NCBI GenBank assembly: GCA_024137785.1 | Contig: JAHRHZ010000040.1 | Coordinates: 4,120,894-4,184,893 of the forward strand | Reading direction: 5' to 3' | DNA from: Ginglymostoma cirratum | Taxonomy: Eukaryota | DNA: 64,000 nt | Shown here: piece after piece, positions 36,755-50,237 of the stretch | Position numbering within the stretch: position 1 is the first letter of the stretch | Layout of the letters: each line of letters begins with the position of its first letter | Program-made: the position numbers and the translations under genes | The notes under the pieces: generated by a model | What the model was told of the DNA's origin: nothing | Seen by the model: the letters and a program-made list of their open reading frames with translations, nothing else | Database searches by the model: none

Positions 36755-39121
36755 TTGTGGATAGGATAATAAAATCAAAGTTTTGTTAATGATAACTTGT
36801 TACATGGCTTCAGATACTTTTATAGATGGTTTAGAAAATGTCTTCAATCATATCACCTTTAATCTTTTTTGCTGTTGGAGCATATATTCTTCAGCCTTCT
36901 GTTTGTGAAAACCACTTTCCAATTAGAAAATGTGCAATGCAGTTCACTATCATAGTCTATGCATTCCATATACACTTATTTCGTAGAATGTGACCCTTGT
37001 TTATCCTAGCATCTGAAATATTGCCTCAAGATGAGCATAGTGTCCAGTCAAATTCATTGTTGCTGTTGCGTCATTGCCTTAGTGTTCATGGATTGTTTCA
37101 ATACTTTGTAAGGCTGATGGAATTAGTTTAGGTCTCAAAGCCAAGTTTGCACTGTCATCTGTGGCTCAAGTAATCTGGGAAAAAATGGACGGTTTTCAAA
37201 TGAGAGCATCAACTGTTCATTGGGAGTAACAATGAAGTTGGACCTCAATGTGAGTTACAGCTGTCAAAACAGGGGATGAAGTAAAAAGAACACCTTGTAG
37301 CTTTAACCATTACTCTTGAAGTTAGTAAGGTACTTACTGGACAGAAGTTCTAATAGAGTGGCAATAAAAATAAATGCAAATAATCTTTCCAAGATCAAAC
37401 CTATAGTGTAGCAATATCAAACCCAATGATTTACAGAATCCAGTAACAGAATTATCGTTATAATTCAGAAGTTGTGAGTGCAGTGAGACGATCCAGTGCA
37501 GTGAGACAACCACTACTTAAAACAGTTTATATGTTTCGAACTCTATGACATTCTTACTATTCATCAAAAGACCAAAAATCAAAATTGAGTTATCTCCTAA
37601 ATGAAATTATTTTATGACCTCAATCTGACATTCAGTTACCAACCTGTTGCTCTTTCCATGTTCCTACGCAGGAATATTGTTTGATGTTAAAAAAAATCAA
37701 AAATACCTGTCTTTGGTGAATTATGGTTTTAACGTCTGATTTGAATACCTGGAAAAGTCTTGAATATTTATGACAAATGGAAGAATTTATATACTTCAGT
37801 ATGCATAAGTGTGACTTTTTTAGATTGCAATTCCTAAAATAATTGTATTTTTAACTTAGACAACATACATTTGTAATCAAAAGAGATACTGACCCTTTTC
37901 ATAAATTTCCAGGTACCGGAGGGTCACTTAGCACAAGTTGTGAAAAAAACAGATTGTGCCTGAAGACTTAATTATCTATATTCTCTAAGATACATCTGTT
38001 AGCAATATGGGATTATACATGTCAAAATGACAGATAGGAGTTGAATTTGTGCAAGTGTGTCTAACCAGGATCATCTACATATCAGACATTTGAAAATCTC
38101 GGACGTGCTGACATTAGAAATATAAGGTTGCAATTAATTATTGCTAGGATGAATCATAATTTCCTTTCACCTTAAGTACACCTCAGAAAGATCTGTAACT
38201 GTTAGCTTCACTTTTGCTTAAACAAAAAAAAGTACCAGGCAAAAAAAAACTTTTCCTTTACATTTGCAGCTAATTACTGATTTCCAATTAATAGGCTTCA
38301 GCATTTAACCTTTGGAGGATGAGATCTTTCCAAGTTAGTTTGCATATATTAATATGCAGATGGTAATTATACCTCCAGAGAAGGTACGTTCTGCATGGTG
38401 ACTAAAGGCCACATCTTTAATTTCTTTTTAATTTGAAGCTGCAGCTTCAGGTCTATCACTGTAACATGCAACTCTCGATGATTATTATTTAAAAAGACAA
38501 ATTCTGTTTTTTGGTCAGACAACCAAGATTGCTGCTTTAAAGCAACAGTGTTCTTTGTTGGCTGTTGTAAGTCTCCATTTTCACAGTTGCAAAGTAAACA
38601 TCCTCTGTTGTACCAAACTGTTATCACATTACTTAGATAATTTAATTCACCAGAGAAAAGTAAACTGCATCAAATATTTTGGCTGTTTATTTGGAAGGTA
38701 TCCAGCAAGACTGTATATTATTCTAAGTAGTTTAGAATTTTCTGTATTTGGAATGATTACATAATCATTATATTAATTATTACATAATACTAAATCAACT
38801 TAAAACATTTTATAGACATAAAGTATACTTGTACAAAATAAATGGATAATTGGCCTCAACAAATGCTTTGGCTGGACTAAATTGATAAAGCCGCAAGCTG
38901 TACACCACTGCAGATTTAATCTTCAGGTGTTTAACGGTAACCTAATGTTACAAAATAATTCAAACATGTTAAAAATTAAAAAAATTAGATTGATAAATTA
39001 TTGGTGCTAGAAAATACATTACTTAATGTGAATTAGATGACTTTCGTGCATTTTAGATGAAACTTTAGAATTGTTGGTCTTTGTTCTTTTACAAATTTCA
39101 GGACAAATATCAAATATTACT

Positions 39122-40047
39122 GAGATAAAAGGTACTGCAGATGCTGGAGAATCCGAGATAACAAGCATGGGGCTGGATGAACACAGCAGGTCAAGCAGCA
39201 TCATAGGAGCAGGAAAACTTGACGTTTCGGGCCTAAACCCTTCATCAGAAATGGGGGAGGGGAAGAGGGTTCTGAAATAAATAGGGAGAGAGGGGGAGGC
39301 GGATAGAGGATGGATAGAGGAGAGGATAGGTGGAGAGGAGGCAGACAAGTCGAAGAGGCGGGGATGGAGCCAGGAAAGGTGAGGGTAGGTAGGGGGGTAG
39401 GGAGGAGATAGGTCAGTCCAGGGAGGACGGACAGGTTAAGGGGGCGGGAGGATGTTAGTTGATAGGAGATGGGGGTGTGGCTTGAGGTGTGAGGAAAAAC
39501 AGGTTAGGGAGGTGGAGATGAGCTGGGCTGGTTTTGGGATGCGGTTGGGGGAGGGGAGATTTTGAAGCTTGTGAAATCCACATTGATGCCATTGGGCTGC
39601 AGGGTTCCCAGGCTGAATATGATTTGCTGTTCCTGCAGCCTTCGGGTGGCGTCACTGTGGCATTGCAGGAGGCCCAGGATGGACATGTCATCTGAGGAAT
39701 GGGAGGGGGAGTTGAAATGGTTCGCGACTGGGAGGTGCAGTTGTTTGTTGCGAACTGAGCGCAGGTGTTCTGCAAAGCGGTCCCCAAGCCTCCGCTTGGT
39801 TTCCCCGATGTAGAGGAGGCCACAACGGGTACAGCGGATGCAGTATACCACATTGGCAGATGTGCAGGTGAACCTCTGCCTGATGTGGAAAGTCTTCTTG
39901 GGGCCTGGGATTGGGGTGAGGGAGGAGGTGTGGGGGCAGGTGTAGCACTTCCTGCGGTTACAGGGAAAAGTGCCGGGTGTGGTGGGGCTGGAGGGGAGTG
40001 TGGAGCGGACAAGGGAGTCACGGAGGGAGTGGTCCCTCCGGAAGGCA
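39122..40047 (-). mobile_element. 5'-truncated PLE (GIY-YIG, 3' UTR and tail); intact hammerhead at 39217-39252
   Basis: ORF 39504-39851 reads VYCIRCTRCGLLYIGETKRRLGDRFAEH. 3' end is nearly identical to 3779-4119. Confidence 0.94.
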
Positions 40048-42994
40048 AATAGACATCTGCCCCCGGGCTTGCATTTTACCCAATCTGTCCCAGACAGCCT
40101 TTTCCTGGTTCAGTTGCAGCCAATGGTTGCTGGAGTCCCAGAAGTTCAGTGAATTTAATCCAATGTCATTTCCACAACTTCTGCCTACAGAGGGTTTTAA
40201 GTGCAGGGTCTGTGCATAAACTGATGGGGATTTTTGTCTCACCTTACATTACTTAAAAATAATTAACTTTGAGGAGAAGGCCATTAAGTCATTGAAGCTC
40301 ATTCTTATAATATTGTAACACACCAACTACACAACTGCTCCTTGAATTCCTGAAATGCTTTTGTATCATCAATAATATATGAGAATATTTTAAATATTTA
40401 ACACACTGTGGATAAAAACAATCTTCCCAATAGCTGTTCTAAAATAACAGAGTCATCCCGAGCTAGTTAGTATTTCAGGTTGTTAAGTTTCCATAAGAAT
40501 GTTGTGATGAAGAGTTAGAAATATTGTGGGCAGTATTTCCCCTCCCTGTTGTGAAGTGAGCAATAGCAAGGAAGTTGGGAAAATACAGAGTGAATGAAGA
40601 AAATCAGAGCCATAACAACTGAAATTCTTTTTGCTGTTGTCCCCTCAAACCTTAAATGGTGGCTCCAGAATCTTGTTACCTTGCATTTGCCCCTCTTTAA
40701 AGCGCCTTATGTATATAGCAATGGTTACTTGCCTTCAATAAATATTTTGGCTGGTCTAAATTGAGAAAAATGCAAGAAGGTTTGATTTTTTTCTAATTCT
40801 GTAAGAAAGTAGATGGAGTATTTTGTTGACATGCAAATCAAAACAGATAGCCAGCAGCTGTAGCTTGCCGACTATTTGCCCTGGCCATCATCTAACTGCT
40901 TCTTCACAACCATATCCCAGCATGGTCCATGGCCAACATCCTTCTTGACCCAATGTCCATGCATGTTGGCATCAGCAAATTACCAGCCTCAACATGTAAC
41001 TGTGCCTGCTCTCAGACCAACTCAGACACCTCTTCAGCCCTTTAGCACTTTACTTTGAAGGCAAGGGACACCAATATCTTCCATACTTGTGCCAAATCGC
41101 TTTGCGTGCAGCGACACACATGCTTCTTGTGCATTTCGTTGTGTGTATTTGTTCAATGGATGTGGGCATTGCCAGCTCGGTCAGCACCTATGGCCAAACC
41201 TTATTGCTCTGGAGACAGTGGTGAGCTGCCTTCTTGAAATGCTGCAGTGCTGAGGTGTAAGAACACCCATAGCTGTATAGGATCATCTTATGGCTCTCAA
41301 CTTGCTTTTTTAGTTCTCAGTCACTTTGGTACTTAATTGGAGGCTGCCAGCCTCTGTTTACTTCACATTATTTCCTTATTGTGGACTCACTGAATTCAGC
41401 ACTGACGTATGGACTGTTAGCGTTCTTTGCATACAGGTCTTTACTGTTCATTTCTGGGCTGCCAGGCTTTGTGGCCTGCATTGCCTTTGAGTGCAGAGGG
41501 AGTGACAGGCAATTTGTGATGGTTGAGAGCACTGAATAGGTAAAAAGGTGGCTATGTTATCGTGTGGTACTGTGCTACATAATCATCACGTCTGTAGCAT
41601 GTGTCAGTAGTTTACATTGTAAACACAACACTTGTGCTTCAAAATGTTGGCCATGTGTGAATCTCTTAGGGACACAATCCTTAATGTGTGAAGTGGAGCT
41701 ACAGTCAGTCAGAAGTCACTCAAATGACTTCTTCAATTCAAGTCCAGAACTTTAGCCATGATTGGTCAGGTGCTTGCTCTTACTGGAAACCTACCAGGAT
41801 TTGTGTTCTTGCAGTCATGGGATTGGGCTACAGTCAGTCCTGTAGGACAAACGCTACCATTCTGGGGATTACAGATGCATCAGTCAGTGTGTAATGGAGC
41901 AATCAAACTGAGGCTTTATTGGAGGGGTGAGACAGGAAGAGGGATGGAGGGGGAAGAGGGATGGAGAGAGAGGAGCAGTAGAGAAAAAGTTCCTGCAATG
42001 AGCTAAGGAGAGAGATTGAGTAGATGGAAGAACAATTAGTGGTGATGCATGACCAGGAAAATTATGGTGGGGACAATGATTAATTTGGGAGGATGAGGTT
42101 GGTGAGCGTTGTTGAGCGGAGATGCTGGATGCTACACTGCAAGTTGTAGTCCATGAACCTTAATGCAATATATGTGCTTTGAAAGAGTTAGAGTGAGTGG
42201 TGGCACTGAGTGTGAGATATCAGAAAATGGTGGCACTGGGGAAAAGCTGCCCAAGATACTGGTTGCTTATCTGAGGAGGTTAAAAGCAGAAGATAACATG
42301 AGAAAAGTAGTTCTGAGCCATGGCAGAGTAGGTACCACGAATTTCACTCAAGAAAACATTTTAACTGAAAATGGAGAAGTCTAAAACTTTCTCTCTCAAT
42401 TGATGCTGGCTAGTCTGGTCAGCATTTTTAGCACTTTTTTTTGTTTTATTCTCTGCAAGCGCAGTACTTTTGTTTTGTTTTTGTAGAGATCTAGAATACT
42501 GGTTAATACAAAGGATCTCAAATCCCATTGAGAACAGACGGATAATCATATTCACCTATTATAGGAAATCTTGGAGAAAACTCCAAATACTGTAACAGTG
42601 GGACAATGTTGCTCCAACTGAGAATTACTAATTGGAGGAATGAGGCCTGTTCAGTCCAAAGAGAGGCAAAAGAAAACAATACCTGTCAATCCTTTCAGAG
42701 TTTGTTTTCCTTATAATTAACTTGATGGAGAAACTATTAACTAACAAGTCTACTTATTGGCTTTATGTAGGCTTTCAAAGGATTACATATAGTCTGTGGG
42801 ACAGAAACAAGTCATTTGGACCAGCCAGTCCATGCTATGTTTGTAATTCATTTGATCTTCTTACTATCTTTTTGAATCTAAATCCATTATTAGAACTCTC
42901 TATTCACTTCATCCTCATGAACTTCATTTAGCCTCCCCTTAATTATATGTGCAGTATTCACTTCAATCTTTTGGTAACAAGAGCCACGTTTACA

Positions 42995-44830
42995 TAGACC
43001 GATAGACTCAGATTTTTATAGCACAGAAGCAGGCCTTTTAGCCCATCATGTTGATGCCAGTCAACAAAGATCTGACTACTCTAATCCATTTCCCAACTCT
43101 TGGCTTGTAGCTCTGGAGACTATAGCAATGTAAGTGAATATTTAAATACTGTTTCGATGATACAAGAGTTTTTGATTCAACAGCTCTTTCAGGCAGTGAG
43201 TTCCAGACTCCCATTATGCTCTCAGTGAAAAAGTTTCTCCTCAACTATCTTGTTAGCTTTCTACCTCTCACCTTAAGTCTATGTCCCCTAGTTATTGACC
43301 CTTCTCCTAATGGGAAAAAGTGCCTTCTTATCCACTTTGTATACCTCATAATCTTATATACCTTTAACAGGTGCCCTCCCAACCTTCACTGCTCCAAGGA
43401 AAGCAATCCCAGCCTATCCAATCTTCCATCATAGGACAGACCTTCCGTACAGGCAGTATTCTGATAAATCTCCTTTACACCCTTTCCAGTGTAATTACAC
43501 CTTCCCTGCAATGTTGTGACCAGAACTGCATGCAGTAATTCAGTTGTGTCCTAACCAGCATTTTGTAAAGTTCAAGGATAATCTCCTTGCTCTTGTAATA
43601 TATGCCTCGGCTAGTAAAGTCAAGTCTTCTAGGTGGCTTTGCAATTGTCTTATCTATCTGCCCTGCTATCTTCAGAGATTTGTAGAGTAGATATACATAC
43701 CAAGGTCCCTTTGATCTTCTGTCATATCAAGGGTCTTACTATTCGTACTGTAATCCATTGCCTTGTTAGCCCTCCCCATGTGCACTACCTCACACTTTTC
43801 CAGGCTGAATTGTATATATCACCGCTCTGCCCAACTAACAGTCACTTGGTATTCTCCTGCAATTTACAGCTATCCTTGTCACTATATGCCACCCTACCAA
43901 TTTGCATGTGATCCATGAACCTCTTGATCATATCCCCTGCGTTTAAATCCAAATCATTACTTTATACCATTAATCCCAACACAGAGGCCCAAACACCAAG
44001 CCTTTGGAAGCCCACTGGAAACAGATTTCCAGTCACAGAAACATACCTCTATAATCACCCTGTCTCAGCCGAGATTAGATCCAACATCTCACTTTGCCTT
44101 GAATCCATAGAAACATAGAAAACAGAAGCAGGAGTAGGCCATTTGACACTTCAGTCCTGGTCTGCCATTCATTGTGATCATGGCTAGTCATCCAAATCAA
44201 TAAAATGTTTCCAGTCCCCCTTATCACCTTTGATCCGTTTCACCCTAAGTATGATATTCAACTTCTTCTTGAAATCATACAACATTTTGACCTTCAATGT
44301 TTTCTGTGATAGTGAATTTCACAGGTTCATCGTTCTCTGGGTGACGACTTTTCTCCTCATCTCAGTCCTAAATGGTTTACCCAGTATTCTTAGACTATGA
44401 CTTCTGGTTCTGGACTCCCCTGCCATTGGGAACATCCTTCCTGCATCTTTCTTGTCTAACCCTGTTAGAATTTTATAGGTTTTTACAGGATTCCTCCCTT
44501 TTTCTTCTAGACCCAGTGTCAGTCATGCCATCCCAAGAGTCAGTCTGGTCTTCACACCCATGCCCTCTTACCTTATTGACCACTCTGCCACAAGGACCTT
44601 ATTAAAAATTTTAATAAATCTATGTAGAGCACATCGGACATTTAATCCGCATCAAGATCCTTGGTCACCTCTTTCAAAATTGTGATCAAATATGTCAAAC
44701 ATGGCCTTTCCTGAATAAATTCATGCTATAATTGATTAAACTGTGTCTTTCCAAGCACAGATACATTTTGCCTCTCAGCGTAATTTTTAATAGTTTTCCC
44801 ACCACAAAGTAAGACTGACGAGCGTGTAAT
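42995..44830 (-). mobile_element. CR1 fragment with a nested CR1 3' end (~44105-44540)
   Basis: MRRNFFTESIMGVWNSLP. The nested copy starts with a catagaaacatagaa tail. Confidence 0.8.
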
Positions 44831-44904
44831 TTTTCACCAGTCTATGGGTAAAGACATTTCCACTGAATGCCCTATTGGATTTTAGTTTTTAAAAAATTGT
44901 TTTA

Positions 44905-45345
44905 CTTATTCACAAGATGTGGGCATTGCTGGCTCGGCCAACATTTATTGCCCATCCCTAATTGTCAGAGAGTAGTTAACAGTCATTCACATTCCTGTGG
45001 ATCGGGTGTGATGTAGGTCAAATAATGTGAGCACAACAAATTCCTTCCCTAAAGGACATTAATGAATCAGAAATCAGAACCCGAAACGTCAACTTTCCTG
45101 CTCGTCTGATGCTGCCTGGCCAGCTGTGTTCCTCCAGCTCCACACTGTGTTATCAATTAATCAGTTGGGTTTTTCTAACAATTGACAATGATTTCATGGT
45201 CATCATTAGACTCTTACTTCCAGATTTTTATTCAATTCAATAATTTTATTGAATGCTATGGAAAGTTTCAAATCCAGGTCACCAGAACATTACCTGGTTC
45301 TCTGGATTAAAGGTCTAGTGATAATATTATTAGATCATCACTTCC
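44905..45345 (-). mobile_element. tRNA-derived SINE interrupted by a PLE fragment (45080-45154, + strand)
   Basis: Same SINE as 6706. The insert cccgaaacgtcaac...tgttatc is flanked by aatgaatcag (45061-45070) and aattaatcag (45155-45164). Confidence 0.78.
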
Positions 45346-45959
45346 CCTTTCTTGGTGACTATCTTCTTTGATGGCTATCTAGTTATCCTCTGCCCTATGA
45401 AAGCAAATATTTAGACCAAATTTATAGCAGGAGCTAAGGCTGCATAGGTTGCACATCCCAACCCCTCCTGTTCCTCACTTGCAAATTAATATACTCTAAC
45501 AATGGCTGCTGACTAGTATTATTATACTGCAGACACCCTGAGCAAGCGGAGAGTGCTACTTCAGCTACTTAATGGAAGAACGTCCCATCCTCAAGAGCTG
45601 CTCACGAATCTAATTGGCCAGCAACACTTGCAGTCCCAGTACCAATAGCACTTAGCAGCAGATACTGCCATGACTGCCAGAAAGGTGAAAGATGGCCACT
45701 GGACAGCGGTGAGTTTGAGACCTTTTGGCTGGAGATGGATGAGACATCCTCAGGAGGGAGATGAGCAAACTAGGGTAGCACAAAGTGAGTTACAGTCTTA
45801 GGGGAGGTCTTGAAGCACACTGGGAACCCTCCAAAGATGGTATCACCTTCCTTCCCACCTTTGTACTAATTTTGCTGAAAGGAGGACTTTTTCACTCTTA
45901 CTCGCCTTCTACGACACAGTGTATTAGTGGCAATGAAGGCAGATTGATATCCTTATTTG

Positions 45960-46842
45960 ACCATATGACCATAAGGTTTAGGAGCAGAACTAGGCCATTT
46001 GGCCCATTGACTCTCCTCCACCATTCGATCTCAACCCCGTTCTCCTGCCTTTCCCCCTTAATCCTTGATCCCCTTACTAAACAACCACCTATCTATTTCT
46101 GTCGTAAATACACCCAACAACTTAGCCTCCACATCATACTGCAGCAATGAGTTCCACAGATTCACCACTCTCTGGCTTCATCTCAGTTCTAAAGGTCACA
46201 ACTTCATGTTGATGCTATGCCCTCAGGTCCTAGTCTCTCCCTCTGATTGGAACGTCTTCTTCACATCCACTCTGTCTGGGCCTTTCAGTATTCTGTAAGA
46301 TTCAATGAGATGCCCTCTCATCTTTCTAAATGCCATCGAGTACAGACCTAGAGCCCTCAACCGCTCTTCGTGTGACAAGCCCTTATCCCTGGGATCATCC
46401 TTGTAACCTCCTCTGGACCCCTCCAATACTAGTACATTGATCCTTAGATATGGAACCTAAACTGCTAACAATATTCCAAATGCAATCTGACCTTATACAG
46501 ACTCAGCTGCACATTCCGCTCTTGTATTCTAGCCCTCATGAAATGAAGCCTAACTTTACATTTTGGCTTCCTAAGTGCAAACTGAACCTGCTTGTTAATT
46601 TTAAGAGAATATAGAGTCCTTTGTGCTTCAGATTTCTGAAGACTTTCCCCATTTAGAAAATAGTCTACTCCTCTATTCTTCCTACCAAAGTTCATAACCT
46701 CACACTTTCACACATTATGTTCCATTTGCTACTTCTTTTCCCACTCTCCTTGCCTGTCCAAGTCCTTCTGTGGCTTCTCTGCTTCCTCAACACTACCCTT
46801 CCCTTCATTTATCTTTGTGTCATCTGCAAACTTAGTAACAAT
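45960..46842 (-). mobile_element. CR1 3' fragment
   Basis: KFADD-type motif near 46820, MNFGRKNRGVDYFLNGE, GLSHEERL and MRGHLIESYRIL. Confidence 0.87.
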
Positions 46843-46849
46843 GAGGTAA

Positions 46850-47208
46850 GGGTGAACCTTTGACATCAAGGCAGCATTCGACCAAGTGTGGCATCAAGGG
46901 GCCTTAGCAAAAATGGGATCAGTGGGTATCAGGGAGCAAATTCTCCCCGCTGGCTGCAGTCATACCCAGCACATAGATGGCTGTGGTTGTAGCAGGTCTG
47001 TCAACTTAGTTCCAGGATATCTCAGCAGATGTTCCTCAGGGTAGTGTCCTAGACCTAACTATCTTCTGCTTCACTAATGACCTTCCTTCCATCATAAGGT
47101 GAGAATGGGGATATTTGTCAATGATTGCACAATGTTCAGCACCATTTTAACACCCAGGTGCTGATGCAGTCCATGTTCAAATGCAACAAGATCTGGACAA
47201 TATCCAGA
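46850..47208 (+). mobile_element. LINE family B RT fragment
   Basis: gacatcaaggcagcattcgaccaagtgtggcat (DIKAAFDQVWH) and gttcctcagggtagtgtccta (VPQGSVL). Confidence 0.78.
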
Positions 47209-47517
47209 ATTGTTCTTGAATAGGAGTCCAAAATGGGCAATTGTAAATCAGTTGCATTGTAAAACCTCGCCCTATTCCCTTTAACATTGCCTTCAGCACT
47301 GATGTCCATTTTTTCTCTGTAACCCTATTCTAAATCTAGCTTTAAGATTTCATATTTCATTGCTTTAAATTTTTGCATGGTTTGCATCATTTTGCATTGA
47401 CAAGAAGTTTCCCGCTCATTTTGTGAAATGCCTAGGAAGATCCAGTAATAGTGTATTAAAGCTCTTAAGTTGTAGGATTATTGAAATTGTGGTGAGCAAA
47501 GTAATTTGTGTGTGGTA

Positions 47518-47746
47518 ACAAGCATGGGGCTGGATGAACACAGCAGGTCAAGCAGCATCATAGGAGCAGGAAAACTTGACGTTTCGGGCCTAAACCCATC
47601 ATCAGAAAAACTGGGTTTTCTGATGAAGGGTTTAGGCCCGAAACGTCAAGTTTTCCTGCTCCTATGATGCTGCTTGACCTGCTGTGTTCATCCAGCCCCA
47701 TGCTTGTTATCTCGGATTCTCCAGCATCTGCAGTACCTTTTATCTC
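47518..47746 (+). mobile_element. Near-perfect fold-back PLE mini-element with two hammerheads (47574-47609 on -, 47616-47651 on +)
   Basis: Arms 47516-47609 and 47616-47709 are reverse complements with one visible mismatch. Spacer is actggg and the 37-nt tail is 47710-47746. 16-bp TSD taatttgtgtgtggta at 47502-47517 and 47747-47762. Confidence 0.93.
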
Positions 47747-49555
47747 TAATTTGTGTGTGGTACTTGGTAAAGGAATTGGGTAGGTTAGAACCATGGTAAG
47801 TGATGGCTGCAACATATTCCTCTTCCTCCCTTGGTACTGTGACACTCCTATTCTCTTCACTTCAAACTCTAAACCTCTCTCTCGCTGTTCAGAGCACCAT
47901 TACAACCTTCACTAAAAACTTTCCACCTGTTTCCTGCTTCCAATATCCTCAAGGTGTTTTCATACCTTTCAATATTTTATTTTGTTTCTTTATGCCTTTT
48001 GATTTAGATCCTTTGGTCCATATTTCCAAATTTTTTTCCTGCCTCTAGCAGCCTTCTGCCTCCAGGTCAAAAAAATGGTTGTGTGCTGTGAGCATGCAAT
48101 TTTGGAAGAAGCAAAATCAAAAGGCTGATTTCAAAATAAATATTTGAATACCAATCTTCTTCACTTCCGGGCTCCGACTCTTTATGTTGTGCCCGCACTT
48201 TTGATTTTTTTTTCTTTTTATTACCATCATGCACCACTCTTAAGGCCTTCTCCACGGGTTATGCTGGTCAATTGATTTTTTTTCAGAGATGTACATTGTG
48301 GCCTCACAGAAGAGAATCCGTGGTCAAAAAATTTCAAAGACTTCTTTCATCCTGGGCATTGTCTCCTGTCACTGCCTCCCCACATTGCCAAACATCCCTT
48401 CTGTTGCTTACAATAAAAATAGAAAATAGAAGTAAAAATTCTCCTTCTCAGAACATTTAATTTATTAGGGATATTAATGGAAAACAGTGGGGATGTTGTA
48501 ATAAAAATGGAATTGTTCATTGGTAGCAGCAGATATGGAGGTTGAAATCCAAGTTAATCTTTCAAATGAGTAGTCACCAAACTGACACAATGAATTGAGC
48601 CTTCCTTTGGGCTCAGAAAAATCAAAACTGGACATTTACAAATTTTGGAAACCGTACACTCAACACATCTGGGACTACACATGCCACTTTTGCCCTCACG
48701 CTGGGACTGGTGTGTCTGTGCAATTTGTGAACTATACTAGACTCCGTGAGACATGTGGATGCAGAGACTATATGACATAAAGTAGGAGAAAATAGTTTAC
48801 ATTCTTTGGGGGAGAAAACAAATGACATAATCTGACAAAAACTTTGATATCATTATAACTGAGAAAAAGGATGCATTCCACCATGAAAAAAACCCTGCCA
48901 AATTATTAGCATTACAGCAGCAAATCTGAAACCACATCAAAAGGGCACAATACATGCAACTATCATTTATTTCAGATGAGTGGAATGTTTACTGTGCTAA
49001 AATAGATTAGTACTTGAACCTCAGCTAAGCATTGTTACTGGTCACTGATGTCCAGATGATAGATTGCTTTTTGGGAGGCAAAACAACAGAATCCTCTTAT
49101 TTTAATTTCAAAGCAGAGAATTTTTCAATCAATGTAAAGAAGCAGGGTTAGCTTTATGTTTCAAGAATGAAAACAGGTCTTATTGTTAGCCAGAACCAGT
49201 TAAGTCATGGTGGAAAGCAACATAGCAACACATGCTGAAAGGCCATTTTGTCATATTTTGCACTGCATTATAAATCTTTCTCCATTCGAAAAGTTTTGCA
49301 ACATATTTGAAAGAATACACAGGCTGGTCATTTTAAGGATCAACTTACCTTTAAAGGACAGATCCCTATGATGAATTGCAGCATGGAAAACAAATCTATG
49401 TAATAATAAATAATATATTAATGGCACTCCTTCTCTTCCAGTATGTTCCAGATTCCTTCACAGTCTTCTATTTTCTCTGAAAACTCTCAAACCTGGCGTG
49501 CTTTTAATGGAATTCCTTCATCACTAAATGAAAATGGCATGTGCAGGAAGATCTG

Positions 49556-49570
49556 AGTTTCACTTTCATT
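49556..49570. promoter_or_regulatory. ISRE/IRF-E consensus match
   Basis: AGTTTCACTTTCATT (AATGAAAGTGAAACT on the minus strand) in non-repetitive DNA. GGAATTCC lies at 49509-49516 and a minus-strand TATAAAA at 49616-49610. Confidence 0.45.
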
Positions 49571-50237
49571 TAAATTGAGGAACACAGACTCAGCAGTTGC
49601 AGTTGTGTGTTTTATAGAATAGACATTCTGGACCGACAAAAAGATCAGAGGAGAATGCACAGTTCCGAGAGGCAGTTGGCCATTTAAATAATCAGCTGCC
49701 GTTACTGAAATGGAAGTTAGGAATCCCTAGTCTCTGGATGCTGGAGTTTGGAGAATAGACCAGCTGAGTACAAATCTGTTCCCAGTGTGTTGCTTTTGAA
49801 TAGCTAGGTACCCTTCTGAAGAAGTAAGGTATCCCTACGGAAGTGGTCCCAGGACACCTCCGCGATGCGGGTCAGGAATCCTTTGGCAGGGAGAGGGGGA
49901 CAGTATTTGGTATCCTTTGGGGTGGAGTTCAGGGATCCTTTGAGATTGGGAGAGGTATCAGGTGTCACTGAGACTCTTAAATGTGAAGAATATTGTATGC
50001 AAGTGGTTCATAAACCTCTTGAAACCACCTAATGTGTCAAGGCCTGTCAAAAAGTGTCTACCTGTTAAGAAGTGTCAACATTTCTCAAAAAGTGTCAAGT
50101 GTAAACAAATGTTGACCTTTCAAGAAGTATCAAGAATTGAGAGTGATTTTCTCAATAAAATGTAATCTGTGATATAGAGTTTTAAATACTAGAAATATAG
50201 TCTTTCTTCTATGTGCCCATATAATTATGGAATTTGT

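Noticed and set aside
48067-48420. Possible gag zinc-knuckle relic on the minus strand
   Set aside because: Cys/His spacing cannot be recovered in any single frame.
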